Shown here: positions 56,674 through 64,000 of the stretch, piece after piece
Numbering within the stretch: position 1 is the stretch's first letter
Layout: each line of letters opens with the position of its first letter
Assembly: GCA_946965045.2 (NCBI GenBank)
Contig: OX337230.1
Location: 1,488,001 to 1,552,000, forward strand
Source: Epithemia pelagica
Taxonomy: Eukaryota; Protista; Bacillariophyta
Direction of reading: 5' to 3'
Length of the DNA: 64,000 nt
Translations under genes and position numbers: made by a program
The notes under the pieces: generated by a model
Told to the model about the DNA's origin: nothing
What the model saw: the letters and a program-made list of their open reading frames with translations, nothing else
Databases searched by the model: none

Positions 56674-59600
56674 TTGGAGGAGTCGATGATGGATGAAGAT
56701 CTTTACCCACCATTGAAGTCCAGTTACGCTCAAAATAGAGTTACTGTCAGAGCCGGTGGACGAAAAGTCCACGCGAGCACGAGAAGAAAGAACTTGTTGG
56801 ATAACCTTCCGAATGGTTGCCACCAGTTCTTCGTGCATATCCACATACTGCACCGACGAACAATTGTGGCAGTGATGTCAGTCTTGCTATCTCTTTTGTG
56901 CCCAAGAAATGGTTGGGCTTGGAAAAGTGCATCACCAGTTGGCAGGGTTTTACGTCCATTCGACCAAAGTGTACCTCGGCCAGTGTTATCATTTGGTCCT
57001 TTTTGCTGTGATGCTTACTATGGTCCACTACATCTTTCTCCCCATCGACAATTTTCTTTGTCAAAGGCAAGTTTTCAAGGTCTTCCAGATAGAAACAGAC
57101 CGTCCCGACAGGAATCGTCTCGACTCATGTGGAGGAGTTCCACATCTGGTGATGTCGACGAAATGCTTCGCCCATGTAGGCATGAGTTTTCTACTTCTAC
57201 CAAAGTTATCGAAAGTATGCCATTTCAGGACATGGAATCTGTGGAATACGCACAGGGTCGGTCATTTTTTACTTCAACTTCTTCTGACCTCCGCTCAATG
57301 AATACCGCTGCACAGGACGTCATAGCTGGTGGAAACGCCGAAAGAAAAGACATTGGATTCCGTGTAAAAGCACCCTTTCTTCCAACCGGGGATCAACCCG
57401 AAGCCATACGAAAGCTATTAGAACAGATGAAGGACCGATGCTATCCTAGGGCCATTCTTCGAGGAAGGTATGACCAACGAAATCTCCATTGAATGTTGAA
57501 TGGAAGATAAAGCCCTCTCGATTCGCTAAGTTTCTGACATGAACCAACTGTGTACTTTACTTTCAGTACAGGAACAGGGAAGACTCTTGTAATGAGCCAT
57601 GTCATTGCCGGGTTGCAAAAACCAACTTTGGTTTTGTGCCACAACAAGACATTGGCGGCCCAGCTCACACGTGAGTTGCGATCGTTTTTGGGAGAACATA
57701 GTGCTGTGGAATTATTTGTCAGCTACTATGATCACTACATTCCGGAATCATTCAAAGAGACCACGGGTAGGTATATTGCCAAGAAATCGTCCATCAATAA
57801 CGATATCAATGCATTGCGACATTCAGCCACTCGTGCCCTGCTAACTCGACGCGATGTGGTAGTCGTGGCTACTGTTAGCTGTATCTATGGACTCGGATTG
57901 CCCAATGAGTACTTAGATGCTAGCGTGGAATGGGAACAGGGTCAAATTCTTCCGTTTGGAGGAGAAGTGGACGAAGAACGAGAAATGGAAACAGATATGG
58001 GACAAAGTACAAGATCAAGCAAAGCTTCCTTTTCTCAGTCACTTCGGGAAATGAGATATCAGCTGGTCGAAAATGACGAAGAGTTTAAGCCTGGCGCATA
58101 TCAACACCTGACGGCGCCACGAGGCGGGGACGAAGAGGCGACTCTTATTCAGTATCATCAGATTACTTTGTGGCCTCCTTACGACCAGTTCCCTGTTTCG
58201 GTTTGGTTCGAAGAGCACCAGCAGTTGTCCTCCGACGCAAATTGCAACGGTCGTCAGTACTATAGAATATCTTCTGTAGCTCAGGGAACTCCTCAAGGAA
58301 TGGTTGGAGTTCAATCACTCCATATTTTCCCCGCGGCTCATCATGTTGTTTCAGAGGAAAACCTAGAAAAAGCCTGTTGTTCCATTGAGGAAGAATTGCA
58401 TGAACGAATGAGGGAACTGAATGATCAAGGAAAATCTGAAGAATCAGCCAGGTTACAAGCACGTGTCCTTCAGGATCTGTCTCTTTTGAGAGAAAATGGG
58501 TTTTGTTCAGGAATGGAAAACTACAGCAGACACATGACTGGTCGGGATCCGGGTGAGCCGCCCGATACTTTGTTGGATTTCATGGCACGAACATTTTCAG
58601 TGAGGGGATCTCCGACCAACGAGAAAAGAGGCTCCGTCAATTCTGATTGGCTCTTAATTGTTGATGAATCTCATGTTACGTTACCTCAAGTGGCGGCAAT
58701 GTACCGAGGAGATCAATCACGCAAGCGCTCTCTAATCGATAACGGCTATCGATTGCCGTCCGCTTTGGACAATCGACCACTCAATGAAAAAGAATTTTGG
58801 AAGGCTATCTCCCAAACTCTGTTTGTCTCAGCTACGCCAGGTAAAAAGGAGTTAGACATGCTGAATAGAGACCGGAGAAATCTTCTTAATACAGAGAAGG
58901 AGGACAACCTTAATCCCGTTGATATGGTAATCCGTCCGACGTACGTTTGCGACCCCATCATAGAGGTTCGTCCGAAGACAAAAAGCGTACAAGATTTGAC
59001 GAAAGAGATTGCAAAACGAGTTCAAAGCCAAGAGCGTTCATTGGTGGTCACATTGACCAAACGAGACAGCGAGGATTTTGCCTGTACGTTTATAGTTGTT
59101 TTTGTTTTCTTTTTGTTGTTTTTTGTTCTTACCCGGGAAATCGCAGCTTATCTTGCTCAACAAGGGATACAGGCCACATTCATTCATTCTGGTGTAAAAA
59201 CAGAAGAAAGGAGTTTTCGCATACGGCAGTTGCAAGGTGGTGAGGTTGACGTAATAGTGGGTGTGAACTGTTTACGGGAAGGTTTGGATCTGCCCGAGGT
59301 ATCTTTGGTTGCAGTTTTAAACGCGGATTCTGAAGGGTTCTTACGATCTGATACCGCTTTGTTACAAGTCGTTGGAAGGGCAGCACGAAACAAGAACGGA
59401 CTTGGTATTTTCTATGCCGATCGGATAACATGCAGTATGAAACGATGCATGGACTTGACCCATACACGACGACAAACTCAGCTCGCCTACAACAACAAAC
59501 ACTCTGTTACGCCCCAGTCCACAAAAGGGTCCTCCACAATGTCCATTTTCGAGTTGCTGGAGGATCAAATCAAAGCTGAACAACATGTCCAAATGGACAA

Positions 59601-61365
59601 AGGGAATAGAAATGATGGTCTGGAAATGATGGGATTCTTGGATCTCCATACAGCCAAAAAGAGCACATCAACTGAAAGCCAAGCTCCAAACGTGAATGGC
59701 AAACTGATAGATACTGATCACATACCTTCTTCACCTGGTGTTTACTTATGGAAAGACGAAGATGGTGGAATTCTCTACATTGGAAAAGCTTCAAAGCTTC
59801 GATCAAGAATACGATCTTACCTTTCTCCTAGCGCCAATCACGGACCCCGGATCCATTCAATGGTACAAAAGGCAGTCTCCGTTGAATTCACGCTTACCCC
59901 AAGTGATCGAGACGCTCTCGTCCTCGAGTCAAAGTTGATCAAGAGACACCGTCCGCAGTACAATGTTTTGATGAAAGATGATGAACATTATCCATATATA
60001 TGTGCCACTGTCGGGGACAAGTTACCGCTGTTCAGGATAGTCCCGCACATTCCATCCGATCATCATGATGTAGCCTCGTCGAATTATTCTCATCGTTACT
60101 TTGGGCCGTACACAAACTATCAAGAAATCAATAAAATACTGGAGGGGATTGAGGAAAAATTCGGATTGCGTGAGAAATCATTCCTAGTAAGACAGGGCTC
60201 TGGCTTTTCTGTCGACGAGTACAACTCACTGTTTCAAAAGGTTCTTTCGGAAGTATTCACCTCTAAGTCCCACAATTCCTTGCAGGAAATGCGTTCCGAG
60301 TACGAAGAAGCAGGTCTGCTTTTCGACTCGCCTTACAATGAGTGTCGAGACGTTGTAACAGTTGTTCCTGTTCCAGAGAGCAACGGGGATTGTATGGTCC
60401 ATGTTGTGCAGCTTCGTCAAGGCTGCGTCATCGGTGAATTCTCGTACGTGTGTGAAGTCGGTCCTCTTGGTGATGGAGTTGTTGAGCTAGCTGAGTCTTT
60501 ACAGATGGTGTTGGAAGACCGTCATTATCCGTCTGGCGGAGAAATAGCGGATCAGGCACTTTCTTGGTTTCCGAACAATGTTTTGCTTCCATTTGAAATT
60601 CCTGATCCTGCGAGGTTACGAAATGCAATGAAATCTGCTCGTATTCGGATGGAACCGAAGCGCAGAGGGAATATTCAAATTCAAACACCGTGTAAGAGGG
60701 GCAAACGAGTGGACCAGGATAAGAGAGCACTCCATTTTGCGGAAGCGAATGCTCAGTACAAAGCTTCTCAAAGATCATTAGGAGGATTTGTGGCAACATC
60801 AATTGACGGAACGGCGGTTAAGGAACTAGCTCGTCTTCTCTCCTTACCTCGGGGTCCTTCCAGGATTGAGTGCTACGACATCAGCCACACGCAGGGTGAA
60901 CAAACTGTCGGTTCACGTGTGGTATTCGTGGACGGCAAGCCCGCACCAAAGCTTTACCGGACGTTCAACATAAAAGGTGTCGACGGTATCGATGATTACG
61001 AGAGCCTTGCCGAGGTCATGAGACGTCGTTTCTCTAGAGCCCAGATTGATGAAACAGGGACTCCTGTTGAACCTTCAGATCCATGGGCCATTCCGGATCT
61101 TGTCGTTATCGACGGTGGCCGTGGTCAGCTGGGAGCGGCTCTGAAAGGGATATCCCATGTAACCAGGCCCAATTTTCCATCTATTCCTATATGTGCCCTT
61201 GCAAAAGGCCAGGAAGATCTCTTTGTGCCAAACTCAGCTACGGCTGTTAACGGTTCGCCCAACTCACCAGCACTGTTGCTTCTGCGCCACCTTCGTGACG
61301 AAAGCCATCGGTTTGCACTAAAGGCTCATCGCAATCGGCGGTTCAAAAACCTCTCACGGGACTAG
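56674..61365 (+). CDS. uvrB-uvrC: UvrB-UvrC fusion excinuclease (introns 57468-57566 and 59084-59146; start uncertain, candidate ATG 56875)
   Basis: PTGDQPEAI, STGTGKT, HNKTLAAQL, SYYDHY, CSGMENYSRH, VDESH, SATPG, EGLDLPEV, GRAARN; GIY-YIG PGVYLW..YIGKA..RSRIRSY..LESKLIK..PQYN; RNase-H-like ECYDISH, VIDGGRGQ, RDESHRFA. Confidence 0.92.
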
Positions 61366-61967
61366 GAGCATATAAGAAGAAACTAACTCCATACCAGACT
61401 GTGTAGGTAGTTCGTCTCACATTTTTATACTACAGTAGGAAGTTTTTGTACAACCGGGAAGTAGTTTCGTGCGAGTCGCGCGGTTTCCCTCTCGTGTGTG
61501 ACACTTGTGTGACACTTTGTGACATGGCTTCCAGGAAATTCTCACTACCTACACAGCTTGATAGGGAGTAAGTTTACTACTTCCCTCTGTCTGGCCGTCC
61601 TCTCGCGTCGGGCGCGCCCGGCTTGTCGGGAGAATGACTCGACGGGCAATTGTCTTGTCGGGCGTGCGCCCTCCTCGACCATTGCCCTCCTCGTCATTCT
61701 ACCCTCCGCGCCGGGCGGTCCCTCCTTGAAAGGACTCGACACCGGGAAGTATTAATACTAACTTAATCCTTAAGGCTTGCTCCGATCTGGTTATGGGTCC
61801 AAGGATAAGTACGGTTTAAGAATAAGATTTAAGATTTAAGACATTCAGTAGTCACCCAGTAGTTACAGTGTGGTCTAATTTTGATCGAATAGAGTAGGAA
61901 ACTATTCGCATGGACATTGATAATTGATTCCTACATACTGGGTTGACTGGCGAAATTACCGAAATAT

Positions 61968-63283
61968 CTAGAGAATGTTGCAGGCTCCGCAGGTTTGCAA
62001 AATTTCGGGATTCTGCTGCAACGCTTGGAACAAACTCATGAGGGCTTCTACCTTGTAATTCTCTGGTACAGCCATTTCCTCTTGTTCCCCATCGGCAACA
62101 AATTGGAAAGGTAGATCCAAAACGGTTCCGGAGTGACAACAATCCATCTGATGTTACGTTTCCCGAAGATAATATGAGTAAGTGTCGTAAGACAATGGTG
62201 CTGCAGCTAGAGAGAAATAAATGACTTACCAAGCAGGTCATAACCACGCCTCGAGCCATGGGGCCAACAAGAGTTTTAAAAAGGTCATCATCGCGAATTT
62301 GACCACTTGTTGTATAGTCAACTGGGATTAAAGTTTCATCAAATCCGTCCTCTTCATCCCCGTCGTCGTCACGTAGCTTGCCTCCATGGCCTGGTAACGC
62401 ACAAAACCTATGTGAGCGTCTGAAACCACATTAAGACGGAATCCCCATAGACTCTGTCGAGTTTCACTCACCAGAGTAATGGCAAAATACAACATCTCCT
62501 TCTTGACTATCTTCCACGAGCTGGCGATAGGCAGCCAGAATATTAGACCGAGTAGGAGGTGTTTGCTGTCCGTCGTCCATCAGAATAGTAATGTTCTCGT
62601 CACGAAAGCCATGGACGTTTTTAATATACTCAATCTTTCGCATGTAATACATTATTCAGATGAAGATGGTCCATGGTAGCAGCCAGTCGCCCAGCACGTT
62701 GCGAACTTACCATGTTGTAACCATCATTATGGCAACCAGAGAGTTCTCCCTGTTGCCCCACGTAGTTAATGGCAATGACGACAGCACGGCGTGTACCTGA
62801 TTCATTTTCAGGAGGAACCAGGTCAAAGGGAGCGCGAATATCGAACGGTCTGCTACTGGACAATTGAGGAATCTGCGAAAAGTTTTTCGACGCCAACATC
62901 AAACGCATTTTCAAAAGAACTTCCTGAAAACTCAACGCAGTTTCAGGAGTTTTGTGGTCTTCATAAACCACGTTGAGCAAAGCTGAAGTGCATGCTCCAC
63001 CCGCACGACCTGCTGGATCAGGCAACTTGAATGAAGCAACATTGGAAACATCGGCCGAGGTTTGCTCATCACGACACCCAGAAATCATTCGGACGGTCGC
63101 AGGAATGTACTGCCATGCAAGGAGGTGTGAAATGCAATCGATATGTGAGAATAAGTGTTGAGTGTTCGCCCATTTTCAAGACACTCTTGAAGGGAAGAAA
63201 AGGTCGATCGACGAAGCGTCAATATGAAGTAAAAGCTTTCTACACACCTCTTCCGCTTTCTTGAGAATTTCTTCGGATGACAT
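61968..63283 (-). CDS. Type III (p10-p20 permuted) metacaspase, 5 exons (63283-63248, 63109-62711, 62634-62472, 62390-62230, 62147-61968)
   Basis: p10 [23 protein letters not shown] precedes p20 [37 protein letters not shown]. All introns are GT-AG. Ends TCGACNIL*. Confidence 0.9.
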
Positions 63284-64000
63284 TGTTGAAGATGCTTTCT
63301 TTTGCTTTAATGGGCAATCCGAAGGATGATATTGTGTGGATCTTGAGTTGCTGAGCGCTGAGCGGGAAACAACGAGATTTCAAAATTCAGCTTGTCAATG
63401 ACGGCTACAGGTATAGATCTTCGCTCTTGACAGCGAATTACAAGTCACGCGGCGCGACACAACCGCTGCAGTACAATTTATTTGATATTGAATCTCCAGC
63501 TAAACTGCACTATCGAAATGGGTTGTGTAAGAAAGCGAGAGTACTTATTGCGTCTGCTCGCCACCAGCGAGAGCATTGCACATGCTTGACACCACGCGCG
63601 TGGCAGCTGTCGGTTGTAGGGGGTGTTAGTTTTCCAAGGCAGCAATATGATTGGGTTAGACATGTCACACAACAATTAAACACTTAACGAAAAACGAGTT
63701 AAAAATGTCTTACCTCGATTTAAAACCAATCCCACGAAGGCCCCGAATCACGGATTGGCAGCAAGAAAAAAGCCAAAAAAACCTCCAAGTTGGATTCCAT
63801 CAGCCGATCGAGGCGGTCGCTCGCGCCATTGTCGACAAAACACAAGACGACAACAAGACATTGACCACTTTCTGGCCATCTCAGACCTGTAGACAACGTA
63901 ATCGAATAAAGATGGTTAGTAGGTCATCCTCTGGTGCTGTGCAATCATTTGCAGCAGCACAAAGTGCTGCAAGAGCAGCAATGGGTCCCCAGTCGCAACG

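Noticed and set aside
63912-64000. Possible gene start MVSRSSSGAVQSFAAAQ at the right edge
   Set aside because: Only about 29 codons are visible, too few to call.

Overview
Eukaryotic, gene-dense genomic window, most likely from a diatom. The evidence is 60-190 bp GT-AG introns, CoDi-type Ty1/copia elements, a p10-p20 permuted (type III) metacaspase and signal-plus-transit-peptide plastid proteins; the species cannot be assigned. There are two transposon islands (about 0.3-9.9 kb and 37.2-49.2 kb) between ordinary genes: DPH2, eIF4AIII, RPS6, SmD2, a family-16 methyltransferase, a JmjC protein, a plastid trigger-factor-like protein and an AT-hook/Tudor/zf-CW protein. Strongest leads: (1) two divergent copia elements with 5-bp TSDs and non-canonical LTR ends share an identical 14-nt primer-binding site complementary to a tRNA-Asn(GUU) anticodon arm rather than a tRNA 3' end, suggesting half-tRNA-Asn priming; (2) a single-chain UvrB-UvrC fusion, possibly organelle-targeted; (3) an apparently intact intron-containing Crypton-like tyrosine recombinase; (4) a channel-linked class III cyclase lacking both metal-binding aspartates; (5) a sulfotransferase-GT-GT2 membrane fusion; (6) a Crinkler-like nuclease+kinase gene; (7) a type III metacaspase ending in a CaaX box; (8) clustered TAGGAGTA palindromic motifs in intergenic DNA. 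All domain calls come from manual motif recognition, not database searches.
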